From sequence record MH992122.1: a stretch of 64,000 nucleotides of DNA. The stretch is one strand, 5' to 3'. Position numbers and translations under genes: made by a program. The notes under the pieces are model-generated. The model made no database searches. It was not told where the DNA came from and saw only the letters and a list, made by a program, of their open reading frames with translations. This DNA comes from Escherichia phage OLB35. How positions within the stretch are numbered: the first letter of the stretch is position 1; every line of letters starts with the position of its first letter. Shown piece by piece: positions 10,285-19,917 of the stretch.

Positions 10285-10661
10285 TTTACCGCCTTAACAA
10301 TTTTCAGGTCAACGAATTTTTTCTTACGTTGATTTTTCATACGACGGATAGTCTTTTCAGAGATTTCATGTTTCTGATAAGCTTTAGATTCAACACCAAA
10401 TGCAGCAACGTCAAATTCAGAAAGAATATATTGTACTAGAATTTCACGAATAGAATTACGTCCAATTTTCTGGTCATGTTTTTGCATAATTTCGTAAAGA
10501 CGGAATTCCCACGCGTCAAGAACTTGAGGAGTAACAATATTGCCGGATTCCAGAAGAGCAACAACTTTATCGAAAGCGAAAGAATTAACTACGTTTTTGA
10601 TTTTAGTAGACATATTATTTTCCTCGGTTATTTTATTATCCAACGAGAGAATTATACTCAT
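10281..10661 (-). CDS. Hypothetical protein
   Basis: 126-aa ORF; start may be the internal Met (MSTKIKNV...). Confidence 0.45.
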   Translation of the reverse strand: MSIILSLDNKITEENNMSTKIKNVVNSFAFDKVVALLESGNIVTPQVLDAWEFRLYEIMQKHDQKIGRNSIREILVQYILSEFDVAAFGVESKAYQKHEISEKTIRRMKNQRKKKFVDLKIVKAVK

Positions 10662-10679
10662 CTCTCAAGAGTTTGTATA

Positions 10680-10919
10680 CTATTTTTTAAGCATGAAAAG
10701 CAAGTAATTTGTATCGCGTGGAGTAATATCAACACCCATATCAAAGATGCCTTTATAGATTGGGTATTTGTTTTCGGTTGTATCGAAGCTGAAACTATTT
10801 CCATCACAACTAACAGTAATAGCATCTGTTAAAATGTCATACTCAATCCTAACAATTGAATCTCCAATTTTAACGTCGAGGTGTTTTTTGAATTTGATAA
10901 AATCTAATTCTTGGGCCAT
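10680..10919 (-). CDS. Hypothetical protein
   Basis: 79-aa ORF. Confidence 0.45.
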   Translation of the reverse strand: MAQELDFIKFKKHLDVKIGDSIVRIEYDILTDAITVSCDGNSFSFDTTENKYPIYKGIFDMGVDITPRDTNYLLFMLKK

Positions 10920-10982
10920 GATATTTTCCTCATTTTAAGACGATAGGAAGACATGTTATTATCTTCCTATCGTTGTACATTA

Positions 10983-11195
10983 TTAACCGAACTTTTTAGC
11001 GCCTTTCCAGCCTTCGTACATAACTGCACAAGTCAATAGTACAGCATGTTGGCATTCTTTGTATTTGTAAATCCAGAACCAGCGTAAGAAGTCTTCATCC
11101 TCAACGCCGTTGAGTTTCATATTGGCAAAGAATTCAGCACGTTCTTCACGAAGCTTTTGCGATAACATAGATTCAGGATTCATTTTGTGTTCCAC
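10983..11195 (-). CDS. Hypothetical protein
   Basis: 70-aa ORF. Confidence 0.4.
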   Translation of the reverse strand: MEHKMNPESMLSQKLREERAEFFANMKLNGVEDEDFLRWFWIYKYKECQHAVLLTCAVMYEGWKGAKKFG

Positions 11196-11314
11196 ACCCC
11201 ATTTTCATCGATGAACTTAATCCAGTCATTTACAGACCATTTAGTTGTATCACCCTTTGGATTAACATTTAAAGTATATAATCCCTGCTTAAAAAGCATT
11301 CGTTTGATATTCAT
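11180..11314 (-). CDS. Hypothetical small protein
   Basis: 44-aa ORF from an internal Met (MNIKRMLFKQ...) preceded by GAGGAAA; the longer track form overlaps the upstream gene. Confidence 0.35.
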   Translation of the reverse strand: MNIKRMLFKQGLYTLNVNPKGDTTKWSVNDWIKFIDENGVWNTK

Positions 11315-11321
11315 AATTTCC

Positions 11322-11615
11322 TCAACTGTAACGATAACATTCGTTAGCTTTACGTTTGGCTTCAGTATGAGAAGTATTATAATCATACTCTTCTTTACTG
11401 TAAACATCTTTTTTCAACTTACGAACTTCTTTGCGGAGTTGTTGATTCATTTCATTCTTGACTTCAGAATCAACGCCTTTCATACGTTTCCATTTATCTG
11501 AGCGGAAAATGTTTTCAACCATGTCTTTGTGGCTAACACCGTCAGGAGCTTTACGTTTACCAAAATAGTCATAATCGCGAACTTTCAAATCTTTACGACG
11601 ATACGTTTTACCCAT
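11322..11615 (-). CDS. Hypothetical basic protein
   Basis: 97-aa lysine/arginine-rich ORF. Confidence 0.45.
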   Translation of the reverse strand: MGKTYRRKDLKVRDYDYFGKRKAPDGVSHKDMVENIFRSDKWKRMKGVDSEVKNEMNQQLRKEVRKLKKDVYSKEEYDYNTSHTEAKRKANECYRYS

Positions 11616-11622
11616 AAGTACC

Positions 11623-11871
11623 TCAGAGGTTGATTGATACGATGCGTTTGATAAAATTCACTTCACTTACTGAAAGGTTTTTAAGACCGATTGATTCTAA
11701 ACGCTGAGTAAGCGTCAACATTGGGATATAGTCCCAATGAGTTTTATATGCTTGATAAGTACGAACGCCATTAGCAATTTCAACATGCAAATCAGAAATG
11801 GTAACGAATACCGGATGCTCGTCATTAACTCTAAGTGTTAGAACAACCTTCTTTGAATCTAAACTAATCAT
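11623..11871 (-). CDS. Hypothetical protein
   Basis: 82-aa ORF. Confidence 0.45.
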   Translation of the reverse strand: MISLDSKKVVLTLRVNDEHPVFVTISDLHVEIANGVRTYQAYKTHWDYIPMLTLTQRLESIGLKNLSVSEVNFIKRIVSINL

Positions 11872-12170
11872 AGTTTAATTTCCTTCGCAATTGAACAGAA
11901 GATACTACGGTCACAAAGCATTTCACCAATTTCTGGATATTTGATTGAACGGTACCAAACATCCAGGCTTGAAACTCTGGTTATCTGTACGGCATTACCG
12001 TTGACAGAATAGTACTGGTCAACCTTAATTTCTTTATCTTCAATTGTCATTTTGTTTTCCTCTATAGCAGATGGTTTAATCTTAACATAACTATCGAGGA
12101 TGTAAACTGTTTTATGAAAATATTTTTGATTTGAGAGGGGCACAAGGAGATAGTGAAGTGAAGATTCCAA
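11868..12170 (-). CDS. Hypothetical protein
   Basis: 100-aa ORF with 4-nt overlap to the downstream gene. Confidence 0.45.
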   Translation of the reverse strand: MESSLHYLLVPLSNQKYFHKTVYILDSYVKIKPSAIEENKMTIEDKEIKVDQYYSVNGNAVQITRVSSLDVWYRSIKYPEIGEMLCDRSIFCSIAKEIKL

Positions 12171-12215
12171 TGGATTATATTAGAAATAAGATAAAGAAGA
12201 CCAGGCGGCACCTGG

Positions 12216-12539
12216 TCAATCTTCTATGATATCAGAGTCGTATCCTAATGAAATCAAGGACTTTTTAAACTCTGCAATATTCTTTTGTTTCTTATCATTT
12301 AAAAATATGACAGGATAACGAATATTAAGTGAAGTGAATCCTGCACGTTTAGCAAGAGATACGATTAAAGAACGGTCGTATTCGATCTTACCATTATTAG
12401 TGAGGACTTTATAAAATGTATAAGGAACATTGAGCTCCTTTAAAAGTTTTATAACAGTATAACATCCTGGACAACGTCCTACTTCTTCAGGGATACCATA
12501 AATTTCAATCTTGTTCTTTAAGTTCGAGTTTTGTTCCAC
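12216..12539 (-). CDS. Thioredoxin/glutaredoxin-fold protein (CPGC motif), NrdH-like
   Basis: IEIYGIPEEVGRCPGCYTVIKLLKEL...; probable GTG start at 12539 with an AAGGA Shine-Dalgarno; the track ORF extends upstream into the neighbouring gene. Confidence 0.5.
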   Translation of the reverse strand: MEQNSNLKNKIEIYGIPEEVGRCPGCYTVIKLLKELNVPYTFYKVLTNNGKIEYDRSLIVSLAKRAGFTSLNIRYPVIFLNDKKQKNIAEFKKSLISLGYDSDIIED

Positions 12540-12822
12540 GAGAAATAATTCCTTGGTAAGCCCAATAAGGAGGATTAACAGAATCCTCGCCAGAGTTTTC
12601 TTCAGGAAAATAAACCTGGATAACAAATCCAGATGCATCAAAGGTAAAATAAACCGTAGGCAGTTCACCTAACAATTCGGCACGAGCATTAATTTCTTCG
12701 AGATCTCGTTCACGTCCAGCCCAAAAACTAGGATTTAGATTACATTCGTAAAAATAATAGTCATTACCGAACATATCAAACCCCTTCCAACTCTCTACCA
12801 CGTACCGCTCAAAACTAATCAT
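12505..12822 (-). CDS. Hypothetical protein
   Basis: 105-aa ORF. Confidence 0.45.
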   Translation of the reverse strand: MISFERYVVESWKGFDMFGNDYYFYECNLNPSFWAGRERDLEEINARAELLGELPTVYFTFDASGFVIQVYFPEENSGEDSVNPPYWAYQGIISRGTKLELKEQD

Positions 12823-12824
12823 AA

Positions 12825-13040
12825 TTAAGCCTTTTTATCAAGAACAGAATTCAGTTTGTTAGTAATTTTATCCAGACGCTCATTGAACTCATTAGAAGAT
12901 AAGCCCTTTTCTGGAGAAATTAAACTAATCACGAAAAATACACCAGTAAAAGGAATAAGAAAAATAGCTCCAACTGCCATAAACAAAAAGAACGTTACAG
13001 TTGTAAGAAAATCAGCTAAACCTTTACGAAATTTATACAT
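12825..13040 (-). CDS. Small membrane protein
   Basis: 71 aa with one long hydrophobic segment (FLTTVTFFLFMAVGAIFLIPFTGVFFVISLI). Confidence 0.45.
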   Translation of the reverse strand: MYKFRKGLADFLTTVTFFLFMAVGAIFLIPFTGVFFVISLISPEKGLSSNEFNERLDKITNKLNSVLDKKA

Positions 13041-13154
13041 ATTTACCCTTAATTAATTAACCAAGCATTGATAAGCACTAAACCATATTGCGAATAAAAT
13101 TCTGGACCAAAATGAAAAATCATATCATTTATAGTATCCATAATGTAATTCAAT

Positions 13155-13625
13155 TTAATCATGTTTCCACACCCCATCGGTATTTGACCAAAGTCGCTGA
13201 TTATCTGATCCTCGCCACAGCTTTTTGGTCGGAAGATTTTTCTCATACTTCCCATCAATAATAACATCAACATATTTAAGCATTTCTAGCTGTTTAATAT
13301 CTTCAAACTTATATCCTGTCCACAACCAAATGCTTTTATTGGGATAAAAATTTTTTACTGTTTGAACAATGCAATGAATAACATCTCGATTGTCAGGATA
13401 GAGAGGGTCTCCTCCAGATATAGTTAATCCTTCTATATAATCATTATTCAAACATTCAATTAATTGTTCTAGTGTTTCACCAGTGAATGGAATACCATTT
13501 CTAGCATTCCATGTTGATTTATTATAACACCCTTCGCATTTATGCAAACACCCTGTAACGAAAAGAACAGTCCTGCAGCCCGGGCCATTCACAAAATCGC
13601 AAGGATAAAATCTATCATAATTCAT
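13155..13625 (-). CDS. nrdG: Anaerobic ribonucleotide reductase activating protein NrdG (radical SAM)
   Basis: CxxxCxxC cluster (GCLHKCEGCYN); sits directly downstream of nrdD. Confidence 0.85.
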   Translation of the reverse strand: MNYDRFYPCDFVNGPGCRTVLFVTGCLHKCEGCYNKSTWNARNGIPFTGETLEQLIECLNNDYIEGLTISGGDPLYPDNRDVIHCIVQTVKNFYPNKSIWLWTGYKFEDIKQLEMLKYVDVIIDGKYEKNLPTKKLWRGSDNQRLWSNTDGVWKHD

Positions 13626-15439
13626 TGGTGTTTAACCCTATGCATGATTTCTTTATTTTTACCGAGATTAAATCCGCGTTCGTTCGGATTTCCCAAATAA
13701 CCGCATGTCCTTCTTATAGTGTTCATCTTTTTAGGATCAGTTTCTCCACAAACTGAACAAACAAATCCGTTTTCAGTAGGAGTCATTTCATGAGTACTTC
13801 CGCATGTAAAACATTTATCCACTGGCATATTAACACCAAAATAATCTAAATGTTGTGCAGCATAATCCCAGACAGCCTCAAGACCCTTTAAATTGTTTTT
13901 CATATCTGGAAGTTCAACATAAGAAATGTGACCACCTGTCGCAATGAAATGATATGGGGCTTCGCGAGAAATCTTTTCAAACGGAGTGATATTTTCTTCT
14001 ACTGAAACATGGAAACTGTTAGTGTACCAGCCTTTATCAGTAACATCTTTTACACTTCCATATTTTTCAGTATCAAGTTTACAGAAGCGATAACAAAGGT
14101 TTTCAGCAGGAGTAGAATATAAGCTAAAAGCAAATCCAGTTCTTTCAGTCCACTGTTTAAGATGAGCATTCATTTTAGTTAAAATTTCTTGTCCAATATC
14201 ACGACCAACAAGAATATTCAATTCATGAATACCAATGTATCCTAAAGACACTGAACTTCTACCGTTTTTAAATAACTCAATTATATCGTCATCAGGTTTA
14301 AGACGAACCCCGAATGCACCTTCTTGGTAAAGAATAGGAGCAACAGTAGCTTTAACTCCTTTTAAGGAACCAATTCTACACATCAAGGCTTCAAAGCACA
14401 GATCCATTCGTTCATTGAATAATTCAACAAATTTCTGTTCATTGAACTGTGTTCCAATATAAGAATCTAATGCGATACGAGGAAGATTCAGTGTTACAAC
14501 ACCAAGATTATTGCGACCATCAAGAATTTCATTACCAGTCGAATCTTTCCATACGCTCAAGAAACTACGACAACCCATTGGAGAAACTGGAACTGAAGAA
14601 CCAGTAATAGCTTTATTATTCTTAACCGAAATAATGTCAGGATACATTCTTTTGCTTGCACATTCTAACGCAAGTTGTTTAATATCATAGTTTGGATCAT
14701 CTTTATAAAGATTAACACCTTCTTCAACAAACATAACAAGTTTAGGAAAAATAGGAGTTATTCCATCACGACCGAGACCTTTAATACGATTTTTCAGAAT
14801 TGCTTTCTGAATCATTCGTTCAGTCCAATCAGTTCCAGTACCAAATGTAATTGTTACAAAAGGCGTTTGTCCGTTTGAACTAAAGAGAGTATTTACTTCA
14901 TATTCATAAGCTTGGAATGCGTCATAGACATCTTTTTCTGTTTTGGATTGAGCATAATTCAGAATGTCCGGTATTTGCCATTTTTCTGCATCTTCAACAT
15001 GTTTAGCGTATGTACGTTTAACATAAGGAGAAAGTACTTTATCGACATTCGCAAATGTAGTTCCGCCATACTGATGTGAAGCAACTTGTGCAGTAATTTG
15101 TGCCATAATTGCAGTAGCAACACCAATCGATTTAGGCGTTTCAATTTGAGCATTGCCTAATTTAAATCCGTTCTCAAGCATTCCTTTTAAATCTACTAAA
15201 CAACAATTAGTAAATGGCAATGATATACTGTAATCTAAATCATGAAAATGAATTAACCCGGCATTATGAGCATTTACAATATGGCTTGGAAGAATACTAC
15301 AAGCGATATGTTTAGAAACAATACCGGCCATTAAATCTCTTTTTGTTGGAAAGACACGAGAATCTTTGTTGGCGTTTTCGGTATTTAATTCTTTATCTTT
15401 ATTTGAAATAAAATATAATAGTTTATATACTACATTCAT
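13622..15439 (-). CDS. nrdD: Anaerobic ribonucleoside-triphosphate reductase NrdD (glycyl radical enzyme), intronless
   Basis: 605 aa; C-terminal glycyl-radical motif RRTCGYLG and CxxC zinc ribbon; one contiguous ORF. Confidence 0.9.
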   Translation of the reverse strand: MNVVYKLLYFISNKDKELNTENANKDSRVFPTKRDLMAGIVSKHIACSILPSHIVNAHNAGLIHFHDLDYSISLPFTNCCLVDLKGMLENGFKLGNAQIETPKSIGVATAIMAQITAQVASHQYGGTTFANVDKVLSPYVKRTYAKHVEDAEKWQIPDILNYAQSKTEKDVYDAFQAYEYEVNTLFSSNGQTPFVTITFGTGTDWTERMIQKAILKNRIKGLGRDGITPIFPKLVMFVEEGVNLYKDDPNYDIKQLALECASKRMYPDIISVKNNKAITGSSVPVSPMGCRSFLSVWKDSTGNEILDGRNNLGVVTLNLPRIALDSYIGTQFNEQKFVELFNERMDLCFEALMCRIGSLKGVKATVAPILYQEGAFGVRLKPDDDIIELFKNGRSSVSLGYIGIHELNILVGRDIGQEILTKMNAHLKQWTERTGFAFSLYSTPAENLCYRFCKLDTEKYGSVKDVTDKGWYTNSFHVSVEENITPFEKISREAPYHFIATGGHISYVELPDMKNNLKGLEAVWDYAAQHLDYFGVNMPVDKCFTCGSTHEMTPTENGFVCSVCGETDPKKMNTIRRTCGYLGNPNERGFNLGKNKEIMHRVKHQ

Positions 15440-15909
15440 TTTAAACTCTTTCTAAGCTGCTTTTTGAATGAAGCTATTAATTGTGTTTTAGTATCAGATT
15501 CATTATATTCAAATCCTCTTTGAAGCATCTCAGTCATCATTTCCTCTTTACCTAGTCTTGAGAACTCTTTAGTTTTGTCTGGAACAAAATTAGGATGGAT
15601 ATTATTATCAGAATAATCTTGTTTCAAATAAACAAGAAGAGCTTCAAGCCATTCGAGGTAGTCGACATCACGACCTTTAAGACCAGAACGGTTGAACTTA
15701 TGCTTCATTTGACCTTCTGCTGCATTGCACAGGTTACATAGTAAACCACGAACCTTACCAGCTTTTGGCCCGTTTAATTCATGGTCGTGGTCAAGATGGT
15801 TACCTTGAACATCAGGGTCTAATTCACGGTGGCAAATAGGACACTTACCGTTCTGTGCATCATAAAATTTTTGTTTTTCTTCTTTATATTTTGCGCCTGA
15901 TAATAACAT
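15436..15909 (-). CDS. 49: Endonuclease VII (Holliday junction resolvase) gp49
   Basis: MLLSGAKYKEEKQKFYDAQNGKCPICHRELDPDVQGNHLDHDHELNGPKAGKVRGLLCNLCNAAEGQ... near-identical to T4 EndoVII. Confidence 0.92.
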   Translation of the reverse strand: MLLSGAKYKEEKQKFYDAQNGKCPICHRELDPDVQGNHLDHDHELNGPKAGKVRGLLCNLCNAAEGQMKHKFNRSGLKGRDVDYLEWLEALLVYLKQDYSDNNIHPNFVPDKTKEFSRLGKEEMMTEMLQRGFEYNESDTKTQLIASFKKQLRKSLK

Positions 15910-15948
15910 GATAAACCCTTACCTTAAATAGATAAGGGTATTTATAAT

Positions 15949-16119
15949 TTAGTAAATGTTATAAAAGTTACGATGAGAACGTTTAGCTTTGCGAAGCTGA
16001 CGTTTAGTAGGACGAACTGTAAATGGTTGTCCAGAGAAAAAATTCGGATCGGTTTTAATAAGCAAATACCAATCACGCTTGCCATTTTTTAATAAACGGT
16101 ACAATAATTTAACTTGCAT
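15949..16119 (-). CDS. Hypothetical small basic protein (56 aa, below the track threshold)
   Basis: ATG at 16119 to TAA at 15949: MQVKLLYRLLKNGKRDWYLL...RQLRKAKRSHRNFYNIY. Confidence 0.35.
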   Translation of the reverse strand: MQVKLLYRLLKNGKRDWYLLIKTDPNFFSGQPFTVRPTKRQLRKAKRSHRNFYNIY

Positions 16120-16276
16120 AATAATCTCTTCCCATTTCCATATCGATTAATTCATTTATTGAAGGTTCATCATAACATGGTTCTTCGTCGTTGTAATCTG
16201 TTTCGACGTCTGGCTCGACAGTCTCCCATCGAGCAGAATACCACGGTTTAACCCCGGAGTTTATTGAGCTCTTCAT
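16109..16276 (-). CDS. Hypothetical small acidic protein (55 aa)
   Basis: ATG at 16276: MKSSINSGVKPWYSARWETVEPDVETDYNDEEPCYDEPS...; overlaps both neighbouring genes. Confidence 0.3.
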   Translation of the reverse strand: MKSSINSGVKPWYSARWETVEPDVETDYNDEEPCYDEPSINELIDMEMGRDYYAS

Positions 16277-16604
16277 AATCAATCCAGGATTCTAGCCCTG
16301 ACGGCAGGTCACATTCAATGTTCCACAGAAGCTCTTCAATGGCTTGCAGGCGATTATATTCTTCAACGGTAATGGTAACCATTGGTGCAACCGGTTCTGC
16401 CTTTTTAACCATCATGTCGTTCATCAGGACGTAAAGGTCATCACGAACGACAGTGTCGTTCCATCCCCATGATTTGGCTTCGTAAGCTAATGATGAAGGG
16501 AGCACATTTAAAACTTCAATAATAGTTGGAGCATCAGGACCAAGTTCATTGGCACAAACTTCGTATACATCCTGGAAATCTTTAAGATTTAATGAATATG
16601 TCAT
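16248..16604 (-). CDS. Hypothetical protein
   Basis: 118-aa ORF. Confidence 0.5.
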   Translation of the reverse strand: MTYSLNLKDFQDVYEVCANELGPDAPTIIEVLNVLPSSLAYEAKSWGWNDTVVRDDLYVLMNDMMVKKAEPVAPMVTITVEEYNRLQAIEELLWNIECDLPSGLESWIDYEELNKLRG

Positions 16605-16622
16605 TTAAAATTTTCTCGCAGG

Positions 16623-16919
16623 TTATTGTTCTACCCATGAACAAGAGACTTCAAAATCAGGACCACCGTATTCCCAGTGATATTCACCAACAGGAATCCA
16701 GTCACCGTGCTCGTTTTCTTCATAGTCCTCAGGCTCAAGGCCAACGAATCGCCATTGGACACCGATGATTCGATTACCCATCATTACTCGAAATTCGCCC
16801 CATGGATTATCGATAGCATACTGAATATCGTTCTTGGCACGAGAGCACATTTCTTGATATAATAAAGCTTCTAATTCACCCTGGTCATAAGGGCCAGGGA
16901 AAGTTAAATCAATACTCAT
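16623..16919 (-). CDS. Hypothetical Trp-rich protein
   Basis: 98-aa ORF. Confidence 0.45.
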   Translation of the reverse strand: MSIDLTFPGPYDQGELEALLYQEMCSRAKNDIQYAIDNPWGEFRVMMGNRIIGVQWRFVGLEPEDYEENEHGDWIPVGEYHWEYGGPDFEVSCSWVEQ

Positions 16920-17179
16920 TTAAAATATTCTCGTAGTTGGTCAAATCCACCAATGTGACTTCCGTCAGGAGCAAACACTTGAGGCATAGTCAATCCAACT
17001 TGTGATTCACGTCCAAGCTTAACCAGAAGCTCAGCAATTTTCTCATCGTCGAACACACCTTTTTCCGGCATAACATTAATGAATTCGAATGGCTGTTTCT
17101 TAACAGTCAGCAATCGTTTCGCATTATCACAATAAATGCATTTATGAATAGTAGAGTCATACCCGTACACTTTAAACAT
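16916..17179 (-). CDS. nrdC: Glutaredoxin NrdC
   Basis: MFKVYGYDSTIHKCIYCDNAKRLLTVKKQPFEFINVMPEKG... matches T4 NrdC with a CxxC active site. Confidence 0.9.
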   Translation of the reverse strand: MFKVYGYDSTIHKCIYCDNAKRLLTVKKQPFEFINVMPEKGVFDDEKIAELLVKLGRESQVGLTMPQVFAPDGSHIGGFDQLREYFK

Positions 17180-17585
17180 TATTTTTCCTTTCATCGATTA
17201 AATATGCAATGCCAAATACAATACATGTAATAAAACCTGTGATACAGATAGAAACCAACAACACTGTACCAAAGAACCAAATCAAGTTATCTTTAGTAGT
17301 TTGTTTGATATCCATCTCACGAATTTCTATAGCTATCGTATCACCTTTATTCAGAAGCGTATAAAACGATGGCGATACACACCTGTCAAAAACTCGTCCT
17401 TGCTCATCTTTATAGACTGCAATAAATTCTAATTTAGAATATTTTCCTGTAGATTGGCCTGAGATTAATTCCACTACCTCCACAGGAATTACTTTAGTTT
17501 CCATGTAAGTATTCTGACTGTTCCAAATGAATGGAATAATAGCAAAAACTAAAGCTGCGATAAAACAACGAAGGCTATATCTCAT
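17172..17585 (-). CDS. Membrane protein (two predicted TM segments)
   Basis: 137 aa with N- and C-terminal hydrophobic helices. Confidence 0.5.
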   Translation of the reverse strand: MRYSLRCFIAALVFAIIPFIWNSQNTYMETKVIPVEVVELISGQSTGKYSKLEFIAVYKDEQGRVFDRCVSPSFYTLLNKGDTIAIEIREMDIKQTTKDNLIWFFGTVLLVSICITGFITCIVFGIAYLIDERKNNV

Positions 17586-17890
17586 TATAATGTTCTCTCA
17601 AATTTGTGGAAGCATTTACGGCATTTCAATTTCAAGTTATCAGTGGTCCAGTTAACCAGTTGGACCTGGATAGTTCCACATTCCGGGCATGGATGTTTTG
17701 CTGCTGATTTGGCAGCATTTTCACGTCGTTCAACCATTTTCATTATTTCGTTCCATGCTGGAGGAACGAACTCTTCTTCACCGTGGATTTTATCTCGCTG
17801 AACAAATTCAATCTTTGAACTATCGTCAATAAACTTAGCCAAGCCATGATTAGTGCTCATATCAATATCCTCTAAAAGACGTAGTTTCAT
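17585..17890 (-). CDS. Zinc-ribbon protein
   Basis: 101 aa; CPECG...CRKCFHKF four-cysteine motif. Confidence 0.5.
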   Translation of the reverse strand: MKLRLLEDIDMSTNHGLAKFIDDSSKIEFVQRDKIHGEEEFVPPAWNEIMKMVERRENAAKSAAKHPCPECGTIQVQLVNWTTDNLKLKCRKCFHKFERTL

Positions 17891-18840
17891 TATAACACCT
17901 CAATGGCATTTCGTAAACCGTCCGCTTTCGCATTCAGAGCTTTTAACGATTTAGTTTGTTCTTTAATCTGGGCTTCGACTTCTTTCAGACGAGATTTGAG
18001 GTACTCACGTTCTTCTCTCAAGTTGTCAACTTTTTCTACTTTAGGTTCTTTAATAGTCTTAAGTTTATACTCGTTAGGGTTCTTCAGCTTAATTCGGGTG
18101 CGAGAACTGTATAACATTGAACCGTTATCTTCGGATTCGTCGAACGTTTCAACAACATCCATAGTCTCTAACAATGTAATAAGTTTATAAGACAATGAAC
18201 GAACGGTTTTGTTATGCTTATTAATTTCTTCAGCTTTCATGGTACCGAGATTACGTGAGTAGTAATAAGGAACCTGGATATCAATTGATAATGATGCGTT
18301 ACCATTACCGGTCGGTTTGAATACTGCAGTAACCCAATCTTTAACATGAACTTTATTTGTACGACCATCACCGCCCGTGAATAATTTACGAGAATGTTTA
18401 AAAAGCATATTCACTTGGTTATTGAATTCACAAGCAAATTTATCAGCAAATTTAGTTTCAGGAATGGTAGATAACCAATCAGCCAAATGAGTCTTTTTAA
18501 CATCATTAACAATAGTGAATTCAACCAAATCGGTTTTAGATGTCACAGATTTAATAAAGCTCGGCTTCATAAAGTTTTTAATGTTATCGCGAGCTACAGT
18601 AGAAGATAATAAACGAGAACGTTTGAACCATTGAAGCAGTGTCCCTAATGAATGAGAATATGCATTCTGAGTATCTTTACAGATATGATTTTCTTGGCCT
18701 GTGTATGTACCAAAATCGCGAAGAATACCACTTACTACATCTCGGTGTGGAACATCAAATCCTAGTGCACCAGAAGCGCGCTGAGCATGAACGTTAGCGA
18801 TAAGACCGGCAAAGTATTCAATGTAATGTGAACGTGTCAT
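17890..18840 (-). CDS. Hypothetical protein with C-terminal coiled coil
   Basis: 316-aa ORF; C-terminal heptad-rich segment (REEREYLKSRLKEVEAQIKEQTKSLKALNAK). Confidence 0.55.
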   Translation of the reverse strand: MTRSHYIEYFAGLIANVHAQRASGALGFDVPHRDVVSGILRDFGTYTGQENHICKDTQNAYSHSLGTLLQWFKRSRLLSSTVARDNIKNFMKPSFIKSVTSKTDLVEFTIVNDVKKTHLADWLSTIPETKFADKFACEFNNQVNMLFKHSRKLFTGGDGRTNKVHVKDWVTAVFKPTGNGNASLSIDIQVPYYYSRNLGTMKAEEINKHNKTVRSLSYKLITLLETMDVVETFDESEDNGSMLYSSRTRIKLKNPNEYKLKTIKEPKVEKVDNLREEREYLKSRLKEVEAQIKEQTKSLKALNAKADGLRNAIEVL

Positions 18841-18868
18841 AATATTTTCCTCTAGTTAAGATAGATTC

Positions 18869-18897
18869 ATTATACTCCAACCATCCTTGGTTGTAAA
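18869..18897 (-). promoter_or_regulatory. Early sigma70-type promoter (GTTTACA-N17-TATAAT) with a palindromic spacer
   Basis: Minus strand reads GTTTACAaccaaggatggttggagTATAAT about 30 nt upstream of the ATG at 18840. Confidence 0.6.
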
Positions 18898-18902
18898 CTA
18901 TT

Positions 18903-19862
18903 TTATGATTTTAATGCATTCATTGCGTTAAAAAGTTTAGAATACTGCAACTGGAGATTCGTTACAACACTTTGAGCATCACGAAGCTTAGCTTGTGCTT
19001 TGTCAAGTTCAACAGACAGTTGGTCCATAGTGGCCTTGATTTGATTGTAATGGTAATCTTCGACCGGAAGAAGGTCATTAGAAACATTTAGTTTTACTGC
19101 AGACAGTTTGCACACATTTGGCAAACCTTTAAACATTGATTTACCCGAAGTAGAATATGAACCTAGAACTTCAGCATTACCAATTGGGGTTGCAGTAATT
19201 GACGCTTCAAATGTTGCATTTTCCTTTTTAAGATTTTGATAGTATTCAGAGTCTTTGTGCCACCACGGCGCAGGAACCTTTTTACCAATAGATACACGAG
19301 CCTGGATAGCGATATGGCCCTTATTCTTGATAGGGTCGATAATATTAAGCTCACGAGAATAAATTGCTTTAATCTGGTGGATATTATCACCTAAAACTTC
19401 CAACGCTTGGTGGAATACACGAGCAACGTTATCATTCTTAGGTTTATACGTAAGAGTGAACTCGTTCTCACTGATAACCATGATTTCTAACTTATCGTAA
19501 GTATATTTCAAATGTTTCATGTTAATTGCTTGAGGACGAATACGAGAAGCAATGGCCATCAGATTGTTAAGGTTATTCCGGAACTGCTTAGCGAAATATT
19601 GACCTTCACCGCCAATACAAAAATTACGAAGTTTCTGTTTGGCCAATAAACGGCTGAACTCACCATTTTTAATGAACTCTTTAACGGGTGTGTTAGTAAC
19701 GCATTCAAATTGGGTAAACATACGAGAAGTAATCCCATAATATGAACAGATTTCCTCAATCTCTTCAGGAGTCTTTACAGGCATACGGATAGGATTAGGT
19801 CCTGGAGTATATGCGTTCGAGGTAAATTCTTTGATAAGTTCTCTACGTGTAATAAAAGCCAT
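18903..19862 (-). CDS. Hypothetical protein with C-terminal coiled coil
   Basis: 319-aa ORF. Confidence 0.55.
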   Translation of the reverse strand: MAFITRRELIKEFTSNAYTPGPNPIRMPVKTPEEIEEICSYYGITSRMFTQFECVTNTPVKEFIKNGEFSRLLAKQKLRNFCIGGEGQYFAKQFRNNLNNLMAIASRIRPQAINMKHLKYTYDKLEIMVISENEFTLTYKPKNDNVARVFHQALEVLGDNIHQIKAIYSRELNIIDPIKNKGHIAIQARVSIGKKVPAPWWHKDSEYYQNLKKENATFEASITATPIGNAEVLGSYSTSGKSMFKGLPNVCKLSAVKLNVSNDLLPVEDYHYNQIKATMDQLSVELDKAQAKLRDAQSVVTNLQLQYSKLFNAMNALKS

Positions 19863-19888
19863 TTTATATTCCTCATGTTGAAAAATTT

Positions 19889-19917
19889 ATTATACTCCAA
19901 CCATCCTTGGTTGTACA
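19889..19917 (-). promoter_or_regulatory. Early promoter; core identical to the one at 18869-18897
   Basis: Identical ~28-nt core (ttatactccaaccatccttggttgta on the plus strand) upstream of the ATG at 19862. Confidence 0.6.

Noticed and set aside
13049-13273. 74-aa ORF overlapping the 3' end of nrdG
   Set aside because: Overlaps nrdG by ~120 nt in another frame; at most a ~37-aa downstream part (from the ATG near 13162) could be real, which I could not support.
13622-15439. Group I intron or homing endonuclease in nrdD, as in T4
   Set aside because: NrdD is one uninterrupted 605-codon ORF and no GIY-YIG or HNH motifs were seen nearby; recorded as absence only.
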